A DNA stretch of 62,913 nucleotides, the filler included, from Olpidium bornovanus S191 (lineage: Eukaryota > Fungi > Olpidiomycota): NCBI GenBank assembly GCA_017911155.1. It is 30 parts of 30 records of this genome, joined end to end, with 100 filler letters (N's around TTAATTAATTAA, not from the genome) between each part and the next. Parts side by side here need not be neighbours in the genome. Positions count along the whole stretch, not along the records: positions 35,061 to 36,535 come from JAEFCI010006771.1; positions 36,636 to 38,833 come from JAEFCI010002981.1; positions 38,934 to 40,203 come from JAEFCI010008756.1; positions 40,304 to 42,111 come from JAEFCI010010011.1; positions 42,212 to 44,433 come from JAEFCI010000739.1; positions 44,534 to 45,538 come from JAEFCI010011329.1; 24 more parts are not named here. One strand, 5' to 3'. The translations under genes and the position numbers were made by a program. The notes under the pieces are model-generated. The model had not been told where the DNA came from, ran no database searches, and saw nothing but the letters and a program-made list of their open reading frames with translations. Of this stretch, positions 35,416-45,638 are shown piece by piece. Every line of letters begins with the position of its first letter. The stretch's first letter is position 1.

Positions 35416-35934
35416 AAAAAAAAAAAAAAAGACAAAGCCACCCAAAAACAACCCCAAACGCCCTCCTTCCCGCGAGGCAGCGCAGCGCGGGATGTTCCCG
35501 TTCCCGTTCAGCGCAGCGAGTAACGGCGTCAAGGGCGCGCAGAGGGCCAGCCCAATTTTTTTTTTTTTTTTTTTTTTTGGTGTTCGTTCGCGTCGGTTTT
35601 CGGAGACGGGGGGGCGGGGGCGCTCCGGAGAAACCTCTCCGTCCGGGTTCTCGTTGCTAAACTGGGGCGCTCTGGGCCCCTTCTGCGCCGCAGTTGCTGC
35701 CGCCGCCGAACCCGCCTCCGCGCGGCGCCCGGGCGCCGGGCAGGAGTGGACCTTGTTGGCAGTTGCACTCGGCCGCGACAGGGCGCCTCCTCGCTTCGCC
35801 CAGCGCGACCACAACACGCCGCCGGCGCCGGCAACGGGACGCTTCGTTCATCGCCGTTCGACACCCGCCGCGGCCGAACGCTCCGCGGACTGCAACTCGG
35901 AACGCCAAAAAGGCAGGAAAAAAAAGTTTGCGCC

Positions 35935-36535
35935 TTAGGTTGTCTTAACGATGTTGACGTGCGGCACCAACTCTTTGGCCAACAATTCTTGGATCTCCTC
36001 CTTGCTTCTCAGGCGGCACTCCGCGACCGCGAACGACGGTACGATCCCGTCGAAACCTCCTCCGATCCAGCTGGCCATAACCTGCTCGTGAGCCTGCTCG
36101 CAGCGGACGAAGCGCTCCCGGTCGTCCGGCGTGACGACCAGAGGCGTCACGTGGGCGCGGGGAAAGGGCGCGCGCCCGGCGGAGGCGGAATGCGGGCCGA
36201 TGGTGAACTTGAGCGACCGCCGGGTGTCGGCCCCGGAGCAGGCGCCTGCGCCGGCCCTTCCCTCCTCGTCGTCCATCTCGTCGAGGTCGTCGCACTGGAC
36301 GGCCGCCGGGGAGCCTTCGTAGCGGGTCTTCTTCTTCGCCAGTGCCGGTTCTCGGCCGCCGACGACGTCTCCTTCGCCCGCGTCCCGCTTCTTGGGAGTG
36401 GCCGGCGACGCGAGGTTGCCAGGCGGATTTGGTGCCGGGGATGCCCCCGCGCCGTCCTCGGAGTCCGACAGGTCAAAGTCCGTGACGTCCTCCTCGTTGC
36501 CGATCCACTGGCAAGTTTCGGCGTCCCAGACCATG
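35935..36535 (-). CDS. byr4: Byr4/Bfa1-like SIN/MEN GAP subunit, C-terminal part, 5' partial
   Basis: MVWDAETCQWIGNEEDVTDFD matches the Byr4 M..D/N....W.GNE...F motif; VVTPDDRERFVRCEQAHEQVMASW matches the C-terminal F..EE..H...M..W motif. Confidence 0.6.
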
Positions 36536-36635
36536 NNNNNNNNNNNNNNNNNNNNNNNNNNNNNNNNNNNNNNNNNNNNTTAATTAATTAANNNNNNNNN
36601 NNNNNNNNNNNNNNNNNNNNNNNNNNNNNNNNNNN

Positions 36636-37420
36636 CATGGTTGACGGCTTAGTGTTCTGAAGTCAGGGAAGATCAATTTTGATGGTTTTCGTTTTCTTCA
36701 GCACTTGCCCGCTGCCCCGTTCTCTTCGTAAAGAAGAACGGGGTGAGATGGAGACAACTTCTCAGAGTTTATGGTGGCGCCTGGAGGTGTGTTGTGTGTC
36801 GCCGAAACGGGGGGAAGCAGTGGCGGTGGAGTGGCGGTCGGCGTACTGCGTGTCGGCGAGATGGCGGGAAGCAGCGGCGGTGGTGGCGGTTGCGGCGGGC
36901 GCGCAGCGGTGGTGAGCGCAGCTCTCTTTCTGAACGCGCGGCGGTGGCGTCGAGAGGCGCGGCGGAGACGCGCGGCGATGGCGGCAACTGCGCGCGGCGG
37001 TTGGGCGGCGGTGGTTGCGCGGCGGTTGCGCCGAGAGGCGCGGCGGAGGCGCGCGGCGATGGCGGCAACGGCGCGCGGCGTTTGCGCGGCGATGGCGGCA
37101 ACGGCGCGCGGCGGTTGCGCGGCGGTTGCGCGGCGGCGGTTGCGCGGCGGTGCGGCGTGGCGGGTGCGCGACGGTGCTGCGTGTCACCGAGATGGCGGAA
37201 AGCAGCGGTGGAACCAGGGTCTCTTCGCGGCGGCGCGTAGGAGCACAGGCGAAAAGTACAGCTCGCGGCGGCGCGTGGAAGCGCAGGCGGTTGCGCGACG
37301 GCGATGCTGCGTGTCACCGGGATGGCGGGAAGCAGCGGTGCGGCGAAGTCCTTGCGCGACGACGGCGACAACGGCGCGCGGCGGTTGCGCGGTCACTTTG
37401 GGCTCATAACCTGTGAGAGA
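36636..37420 (-). mobile_element. Copia-type 5' region: LTR end, PBS, GC-rich repeat leader
   Basis: ...CTCACA|GGTTATGAGCCC (37400-37411), then ~600 bp of ccgcgcaaccgccgcgc repeats and four dispersed ~37-bp copies (tgcgtgtc..cgagatggcgggaagcagcgg on +). Confidence 0.7.
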
Positions 37421-37504
37421 AGCCTTTGTGGTTTATTCGGGAGTGTGGGGATAAGGGGGAAGTACTGCGACTACACGGTTAACAGCCGAAGGGTGGTCAC
37501 GTGA

Positions 37505-38833
37505 TTGGCTAGTCTGAATTCTGACAGGATGTGCATCGACTACAGACGCCTAAACGTGGTCACCGTCAAAGATGCCACCCCCCTGGTGCTTCCAGACGAG
37601 ATGCGCCATAGATTGGCCGGCGCCACGGTTTTTTCGGCCCTGGACCTCACCCAGGGATATTACCAAATCCTTGTGTTCGAAAAAGACATTGAGAAGACAG
37701 CCTTCAAGACGCGTTATGGTCACTTCGAATGGACAGTCATGCCGTTCAGACTCTGTAACGCGCCGGCAACGTTCATCCGGTGGATCAACTCCGTCCTTGG
37801 AGATCTCACGGATTTGTGCGTCGTTGCATACATGGACGACGTGCTCATCTACTCCAAGGATGAAGATGACTACAGAAAACACCTACGACGGGTCTTCCAA
37901 AAGTTCCGCGAGCATCAAGTCTACGTGAACCTTGCGAAGTCCTCCTTCGGAAGATCGTCCGTCGAGTTTCTTGGACACATTTTTGACGCGACAGGAATTT
38001 GCGTCAAAGTTGATTATTGCCAGGCCGTAGCAGATTGGCCGCCCCTGCAAGACAAGGGCGACGTTAACCAATTCAGTTCCGCTTCACCCTACAAATCGAC
38101 GCTTCGGACGCCAGCATCGGCGCTGTTCTTACGCAGATCGGCGCCGATGGCCAATCACATGCCATCGCTTACGCTTCTCGCTCCTTAACGCCCGCCGAGC
38201 TGAAGTATATGACGCGGGAGAAGAAAGAGCTCGCCATCGTTTGGGCCTGCGACTACTTCCGCCCGTACTTGATCGGCGACCCGTTCACCGTCGAAACCGA
38301 CTACGAATCGTTGCAGTGGCTTCTTCAAGCGAAGAAAGGTCGTCTGTCTCGTTGGGCGTTTCACATCGCTGAGTTTGAATTTTCGATTAAATACCGCAAG
38401 GGCTCCGCGAATGCGAATGCTGATGCTCTCTCTCGTCAACCGCATGCGGCTCCTGACCCTAATTGGGACGCCGATGATACGCTTTTTGCCATTGCCATCG
38501 ATCCGGCTGACCCGACCGCTGATGCTTGCATCATCCCCTCCGCTCTCTTCGATGACCGCGACGTGCCTCCGCCTTCGAGAGTCGAAACCGCTGCACAGAG
38601 TTGCCTTCGGGATTGCCTGCGAGCCGAACAGGCCCAGGATGTTTTTATTGCTCGCCTCCGTTCGTACCTTGCTGGCACACCACTGCCGCAGCGTTACGCT
38701 TCCCTTGTCGCCGCGTTGCGCGACATCGACGGATTGCTTGTTCACGAACACACCGCCAATCGGCCGTCACGCGCTCTCACCGTCCACCAAACCGTCGTTC
38801 CGACGTCAATGCGTCAGGAGCTCATTGCCCTGC
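37505..38833 (+). mobile_element. Ty3/gypsy pol remnant (RT, RNase H, start of integrase region)
   Basis: MCIDYRRLN, FSALDLTQGYYQI, KTAFKTRYGHFEWTVMPF.LCNAPATF, AYMDDVLIYS, EFLGH. After a frameshift/deletion: IDASDASIGAVLTQ...IAYASRSLTPAELKY..REKKELAIVWA...TDYESLQWL...ADALSR. Confidence 0.97.
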
Positions 38834-39239
38834 NNNNNNNNNNNNNNNNNNNNNNNNNNNNNNNNNNNNNNNNNNNNTTAATTAATTAANNNNNNNNNNN
38901 NNNNNNNNNNNNNNNNNNNNNNNNNNNNNNNNNCATGGGGCAGACCGCTGTGGGAGAATTTCTGCTACGACAAGCGGAACGAGGGACATAAGACGAGCGA
39001 ATGGAGGTTGTCGACAAGGAAGCAACTTAAGTCGACGAGTTAGCAAGAAGGGGAGATGAAATACCAGGAGGAAGGGTGCTGGCGACAGGGGTGGGGGAAA
39101 TGACGCGCCGAGTCTGTGACGCAATTAAACACGTCCGGGAGGCGGGAAAGACGCGTTGGGGAGCTGAGCCCCTGTAGAATAGACCCGTAGACGCACTAAA
39201 CAGAGCAGAACCGGCGGATTGCTCGGGCGCTCGAGCAAG

Positions 39240-39281
39240 GAGAGAGAGAGAGAGAGCGAGGGGAGAGAAAGAAAGGGAGAG

Positions 39282-39329
<48 letters not shown>

Positions 39330-39370
39330 GGAGAGAGAGAGGAGAGAGAGAGAGGGAGAGAGAGAGATAG
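39240..39370. repeat. (GA)n microsatellite
   Basis: Imperfect GA run of about 130 bp. Confidence 0.95.
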
Positions 39371-39498
39371 AAGAACCGGAAAAAGAGGACCGAGATCGCG
39401 TTTGTCTCCATCGAGTCGTCTGACTTCCGCCTCGGAGAAGCCCTGGGGCTTAACGGCTGACTCTGCCTTCTGATTTAAGTAAAAAATTAGTACAACAC

Positions 39499-39720
39499 CG
39501 CCCGCATGGGGCAGACCGCCCGCATGGGCCAGACTACCCGCATAGGATGCCCCGCACTTAGGGGATCCCACACGAATGGGGCTGACTGCCCGCATGGGAC
39601 GCCCCTGGCTTAGGGGATCCCACACGCATGGGGCAGACCGCCCGCATGGGATGCCCCTGGCTTAGGGGATCCCACACGCGTGGGGCAGACCGCCCGCATG
39701 AGACGCCCCACACTTAGGGG
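39499..39720. repeat. 52-bp higher-order tandem repeat (~3.6 units) plus 18-bp precursor units
   Basis: cccgcatgggacgcccctggcttaggggatcccacacgcatggggcagaccg and variants; a further copy of catggggcagaccgc sits at the contig start (38934). Confidence 0.93.
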
Positions 39721-39721
39721 G

Positions 39722-40005
39722 TGTGCCAATACAACAGCACACCACACACGCGGACACACCACACACGCGGACACGCCGCACTCGCGCAAGGGACTCTAAC
39801 TACAAGCCGTCAAAAGGGTGCAGGTTACATGCCGATCCCGTCCTCGAACCTCGAGCTAGATTTAGTCTTTTCCTGACAATTTGTCCTCCCGATCGCGCCG
39901 AAAGCGCACGACAATAAAAGACTGTTACACCACTGTTGGATCAATCGGTTTCCTATCCCCCCTATCCCCTATCCCCTATAGTCCGCTTTCAGTGTCAACC
40001 GTTCA
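39722..40005 (+). mobile_element. Putative 3' LTR
   Basis: Purine tract ttaggggg directly followed by TGTG; AATAAA near 39913; possible end ...ccgtTCA at ~40005. No second LTR is available to confirm. Confidence 0.4.
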
Positions 40006-41134
40006 GGGGCTTTCCGTCCTTTTAACGGAGATGGGTACGGAGCTGGTGCTGCTCTTCTGAGAGGGTTACCCACTTCTTCCCTCATGCGGAAACTTCGCGA
40101 GAGGTGGAGGGGGACATCTACCATTTGCAGGTGGACGCGTCAAGTGGATCACCGCATCTTTACTGTTCTAACACCTAGACGACCTTATTCGTTAAGAGAC
40201 GCANNNNNNNNNNNNNNNNNNNNNNNNNNNNNNNNNNNNNNNNNNNNTTAATTAATTAANNNNNNNNNNNNNNNNNNNNNNNNNNNNNNNNNNNNNNNNN
40301 NNNCTTTTTGCGCCTTTTTTTATTTTTTTTTTATTTTTTGCTTCTGCGCCCGAATGGCCACCAATGGTTTGAAATTTTTTTGTCTTCCCACACATCACCA
40401 CTCTGGGTACTTTATTGCGGCATGAGTACGACAGGTAGAAAATAGAGCGTGTCAGAATTCTAAATCCTTTGAATATGTAGTTTAAAATGTGTCAAATGTC
40501 TTTCAAAGCGAAATCCACCGCCTCGGGATGATTCCGGATACGTAGGGAACTGGAGGGTGCATTGGTTGGGGGGGAAGGGAAGGTGGGGCGGGGGTGTCCC
40601 TGCGACGGAAGTCAGTCGGACAGAGACCCCTGTACGTTGTACCCGCACCAGCAGGCTGCGGACAGTACGAAAAAAAAAGCCCCCGGAACAGACATAGCGC
40701 AGAAGGGGGAGTGGGTGGAATTGGTCACGTCCCGCAAAGCGGCGTCATCGTTAAGAAATCCGTCCGCCCGCGGGAGCCTCCGCCGTCGACGGCGGGGCTC
40801 TCGCTGTGACTGCGCGAGGGCGGAAACAGCCGGAAACCCGCAGGCGGGCGGTCACCGCGTCAGCTTCCACTGGTACACGGGAGTGCAGGAGCCCGCCCTT
40901 TACGAACGAGCGAAAAAAATGTTCGACGGCTTTCCCCTTCCGCAAAAATCCGCCGGCGGTCGAGGCTGAGAACGCTCTGCGGTGCGCGATCTCCCACCCG
41001 CCGAAGCGTCGAAGAAATCTGCGATGTTCAGTGACATCTGGAAGACACATCATGGAAGACACAGTGACATCCAAAGGAGAAAAAAAAAAAAAAAAAAAAA
41101 AAAGAGGCGGCGAACGCGTGTGTCCGGGCGTACC

Positions 41135-41913
41135 CCAAGGGCGGCGGTCCAACGGGCAGGTTCGTTCGTTGTCGCTGATACTGTCGCGGCTGCCGCGCTT
41201 GAGCCACTTCTCTATGCAGTGCAGATGGAAGACGTGCGAGCACTCTCCCCACGCTGTTTTTGCGCGGAGCGGCCGAAGGGAGACGCCCCCCCCACGGGGC
41301 CGCCACGAAATCCCAGGAAACTTGAGACCGATACATCGACGTTTAAAATCGCGGCGCTTTCGACCGCCCCCCCGTCACTCACTGAGCGGGCACTCGTCTC
41401 CGGGGAACTTGCAGTCACCGTTGCAGCAGGCCCCGTACGCGTTTCGGCAAATGCCGCAAACATCCTCCTCCTCGACGTCCCAGCGCCACACCGCGACGGC
41501 GCTCCAGCTTGTTTTTTTTTTTTTAAAGTTCGTTTTGGTGTCCGCCCGAGGGCGAGAACCGCGAGGAGCGGCCGAAGTGAGACTACGCTCGCGTAGCCGC
41601 GTGGCGGAGTATCCAAGCGCAGCCCCCGTCTTCAGGGAAACGCGACCGGCTTTCGCTTCTGAAGCGCAGGAGCTGCGGCTTTCCCGCCCCCGGACGCCCG
41701 CGCTCGTACCCTGGAATAAGCGGTGCAAGCAAGCGCGGGGGCGTCAGAGGCGGCGTCGGCGGCGGCGGCGGCGGGGCAGTCGCGGTCGAGCGGGGGGACG
41801 GCCCGCCCCCCCCCAAGCGGGGCAAGCGGCGGCAGGCGTTCGCAGTACCCGCGGGCGGCCGGCAGACGGGAAAAGCGGCGGGCTGCCACGTCACTTTTGA
41901 TGTTGAGCTTCAT
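41135..41913 (-). CDS. APC11: Anaphase-promoting complex RING-H2 subunit Apc11
   Basis: MKLNIK|[42 protein letters not shown]|.[17 protein letters not shown]...TCPLDRRPW; the short last exon was not resolved. Confidence 0.93.
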
Positions 41914-42077
41914 ATTGAACGTCTTTTAAACCGGAGCTTCCTCGGGCGTTGAAGGTCTCCTCCTCCTTTTTAGGCAAAAGTCTCTTTTTTTCTTTCTCGC
42001 TCGCCTCTCTCTCGCTCGCCTCCCTCCCTCCCTCAGACAGAGAGAGAACAGAGAGAGAACAGAGAGAGAACAGAGAG

Positions 42078-42111
<34 letters not shown>

Positions 42112-43283
42112 NNNNNNNNNNNNNNNNNNNNNNNNNNNNNNNNNNNNNNNNNNNNTTAATTAATTAANNNNNNNNNNNNNNNNNNNNNNNNNNNNNNNNN
42201 NNNNNNNNNNNCCCACGCAAGTGAGTCAGGTCATCACTCGCACGGCCTCGAAGACCCCGAGGACCTTCGAATGAGACCAAAAAATGTATTAGTCAGGGAG
42301 GGACAATGGAACGACAATGAAATGACGACATGTCATTGCGTAGTGCGAACACGGCGGTGGAAAACCACACTTACCGCGCGGGGCGACCGGGGGCGCTTTG
42401 CACCGGGTATTATTTCCGCGGTCCTCCCCCCCTCCCCCCGCAACGGAAAACCCGCGCGCGCACCTCAACCGCCCGCCCGGGAGAGAGAGGCGACGGACAG
42501 CGTGTGTGCCGTGCACCCCCGGAGGCCGAACGACAAGGAGGCCGGGAACCCGCTTCCGTTCCCGCCTCCGTTCCCGCGCGCTCAGGCGACGGCGTTGTTC
42601 CCGCCCGCGCAGGCGACGCCAAACGCCGTCGCCTGAGCGCCCGCGCGCTCCCCCCCCCCCACCCCACCCCCCCACCAACCTGGGCGGCGGGCGTGTGGTA
42701 ACGTCCTGCCTCCCCGGCCAGACAAATCGGAACTCCCACCCCCTCCCGCTCGCGGAGCCCCCCTGGCCGCCGCGCCGCGCCGCGCCGGCTCCACTGGTAC
42801 CGACGTTTCTTCTCTCCCACGCGTCCCTCCGCGTTCGACGCCGGCCGCAACCGTAACCGGCCAGAAAAGCGGGACGCCCGCCGCCGGGCCAGGAGCGGCA
42901 GGGACGCTTTTCCAAACTAACAACGGGGGGGGGGGTGGGGGATTGCATCGACGCCTGCCAAAAAAACGCCACCGCCCGCCCCTTTCCGTACGGCGCGCGG
43001 CAGCGTTTTCAAACAAAAAAAGTCTCACCAAAGTCGTGTCGCCAAGGTGGGGATCGTGTGTGTGTGTGTGGCTTCCGTTTGCTCGAGCAACTGTCGTTCC
43101 GGGTCGCGCGTTTGGTCATTTTCTGCTACCGGACGTCTTGGGGGGGGAAGGGGGAAAGGGGAGGCCTTTCTCTGCTGTTCGGCAAGAACGGGATGAGTGG
43201 GGCGGACGCAAACTGCTAGTCCGGGCCCGCGGGGCACCTCTCCGCTCAAGAACTCCCGTGAGGCCGCGCAAAATACAGCGACG

Positions 43284-43314
<31 letters not shown>

Positions 43315-43490
43315 CCGGCGCCCCCCCCCCCCCCCCCCCCCCCGCCCCCCCCCGGCGGTAACGGCCCAGCCCCCCCCTGTTCGCCGCTGCGCCGGATGAT
43401 CCGACCGGCGCAACCCGACTGGGGCGCGCGTGCGCAGGCCTTCCCTTTTTTTTTTTGTTTGGCGCGCTCAGCGGAGCGCGGGTCCCCGGA

Positions 43491-44433
43491 TCATCTCGCC
43501 TCCGCGTCGCCGGATCCGGATGTTCGCGGTAACCCGGGTCTGGCCGCCGGGGCGGCACCGCGCGACGTAGACGGCTCCGAATTTTGGGAATCCCGGGGCG
43601 CGTCGTGCTCCCCCGACGAGCACGCGCGAGTGTGCACGCGGACGAGATAGTTGCGCTTCTCGTTGTTGTCCCAGTAGTCCTCCCCGGCAACCTGGTAACG
43701 GAGCGCGAAGGCCATCTCCCGCACCAGGTCCGCGGGTGGGTCTGGATCGTGACCGAAATTCCCGGCCTCTTCGGCCGCTCCCGCCGAGCCCCGGGCCATC
43801 CGCACCTGGCCCTTCCCGGGCGCCCTCTCCGGAACCGGTATCGTGAAAGCGAACCGGTCCAGCCCGGGAAAGTTGTGCGATCGAGGGACGACGGTCTCTC
43901 GGAACTGGGCCGGGATATCGACGTGGTGCGCCCACTGGTCGAAAGTGTAACGCACGGCCACCTCCTTCGTGTACGCGTAGTTAGCGACTTGCGCCAGGCC
44001 CGAGACGGATCTGCCGTCGAGCCCGAGGCTCACGGATTCGAGGAGCACGGCCCTTCCGTGGAACAGAGTGCTGCAGGGAGGGATGTTGACCGGGACGATC
44101 TCGCAGCATCTCGCCGCTTTCGGCGCTCGTGACCCAGGACCGTCTCGCCCCTCTACGATTTTTTCGCCGTTCGCCGATTGCTGATCCTTCACAGACGGGT
44201 CGTCCAGGTCCGTAGGCAATTCGGCGATCGCGGCGGAGCTGGTCCACTGCCGGAACGTGCGGGTTTGGACAAACTTTCCCGCGAAGTGCACGGACTTCCG
44301 GGGGTTGGCATCCATGTCAGAGTCCAGTGATCGTGTCTTCTTTATCGCCGGCCGCAGGCCGGATCTCACTTTCGACTTGGCCCTGTTCGGGGGCGTCGGC
44401 GAAAGAGACCGCTGTTCGTTGTTGTGCGACCGC
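43491..44433 (-). CDS. PP1 glycogen-targeting regulatory subunit (Gac1/PPP1R3-like, CBM21), 5' partial
   Basis: RVxF motif RKSVHF; CBM21 VLLESV...SGLAQVANYAYTKEVAVRYTFDQW...DRFAFTI...AFALRYQVAGEDYWDNNEKRNY. Confidence 0.9.
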
Positions 44434-45289
44434 NNNNNNNNNNNNNNNNNNNNNNNNNNNNNNNNNNNNNNNNNNNNTTAATTAATTAANNNNNNNNNNN
44501 NNNNNNNNNNNNNNNNNNNNNNNNNNNNNNNNNGAAAGGGGGAAACCAAAAAAAAAAAAAAAAAAAAAAAAAAAAACGGGAAAAAATGCCGCCCCGGAAC
44601 CCTCCCGCACCCCCAGGAGGGAGGAAAAAAAAAACCCCCCTTCCCTCCCCCCCCCCCCCCCCCCCCCTGCTCCTCCTTTGCTTTTCCTGGCGCGAGAGGA
44701 AAGAAAAGAAAAAAAATCGCCCGGGACCGGGGGGAGGTCGTCAGGGGGCAAAGAGTTGGGACTTTCCGGACGCACGCACGCCCTCTTCCCCCCCCCCCCT
44801 TTCCCCCCCGTGCGAGCGACGACCGCGGTGGGGTGTGTGCGTGTTGCGTGTTGTGTTTGTTTTTTATATATTTGGGGAGGCGGGGGGGGGCTTGCTAAAT
44901 CACTCTTTTTTTTCTTCCTCCAGGGAGGGAAACTCGCGAAACCCCCGCAGGGCGCCTTTTTTATTTTTGTTTCCCCGACGGACCCTGGCCGCCCGGTGTG
45001 GTTTGTCTTTGGTCGTGACACCGAGTTTCGCAACGGGGAAGCAGCAGCGGGCGGGCGGGCGGGCGGGGCTTGTGGGGAAGAGGAACGGAACCGGGGCCGG
45101 CCGAAACGACGGTTGGGTGTGCGCGAAAGAACGAACACGAGGCCGAAAAATTCTTCGGTGGTCAGAAGGACTCGAACGCCGCTGCACCGCTTTCCCGTGC
45201 ACCCACCCCCCCCCAAGACAAGCCCGCGTCTTGTACAAACATTAGTGCATTAATGTTCGTTGATGGACGTCATGATACCGGGGGTGTTC

Positions 45290-45538
45290 ATGTTACCTTG
45301 GCCCCAAAACTCCTTATAACTGCGCGCGACAGGATCTGTGCGTCTGTCAGGAATTGGGCCACATCCTTGGAAATCACACGCGAGGCGACATCCGTTAGTT
45401 TCTTGGAGCGTCCAGTGCATGAACTCGTGCTTGACGCGTTCGGCCGGACTTTCTGCAATAGATCTTGATGGAAGGAAGCTGTAGTTGTGCGACCACTTGA
45501 TGAAAAGCTCAAGGAAGGGGAAACGCTCCTCAAACCAA
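45290..45538 (-). CDS. Hypothetical protein exon
   Basis: Open frame ...KKLTDVASRVISKDVAQFLTDAQILSRAVIRSFGAK ending at aag|gtaaca. Confidence 0.3.
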
Positions 45539-45638
45539 NNNNNNNNNNNNNNNNNNNNNNNNNNNNNNNNNNNNNNNNNNNNTTAATTAATTAANNNNNN
45601 NNNNNNNNNNNNNNNNNNNNNNNNNNNNNNNNNNNNNN

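Noticed and set aside
15683-36535. A physical cluster of Hippo/SIN genes (RASSF-like, byr4, APC11, YPK1)
   Set aside because: These genes are on separate contigs joined arbitrarily; no linkage can be inferred.
36790-37345. Four ~37-bp repeats with intervening sequence, superficially CRISPR-like
   Set aside because: Spacing is highly irregular, the spacers are themselves repetitive, there are no cas genes, the context is eukaryotic, and the block sits next to a copia PBS.
39499-39720. Palindromic repeats as a CRISPR array or a true telomere
   Set aside because: Units are head-to-tail with no unique spacers; TTAGGG occurs once per 52 bp, not as a tandem telomeric tract.
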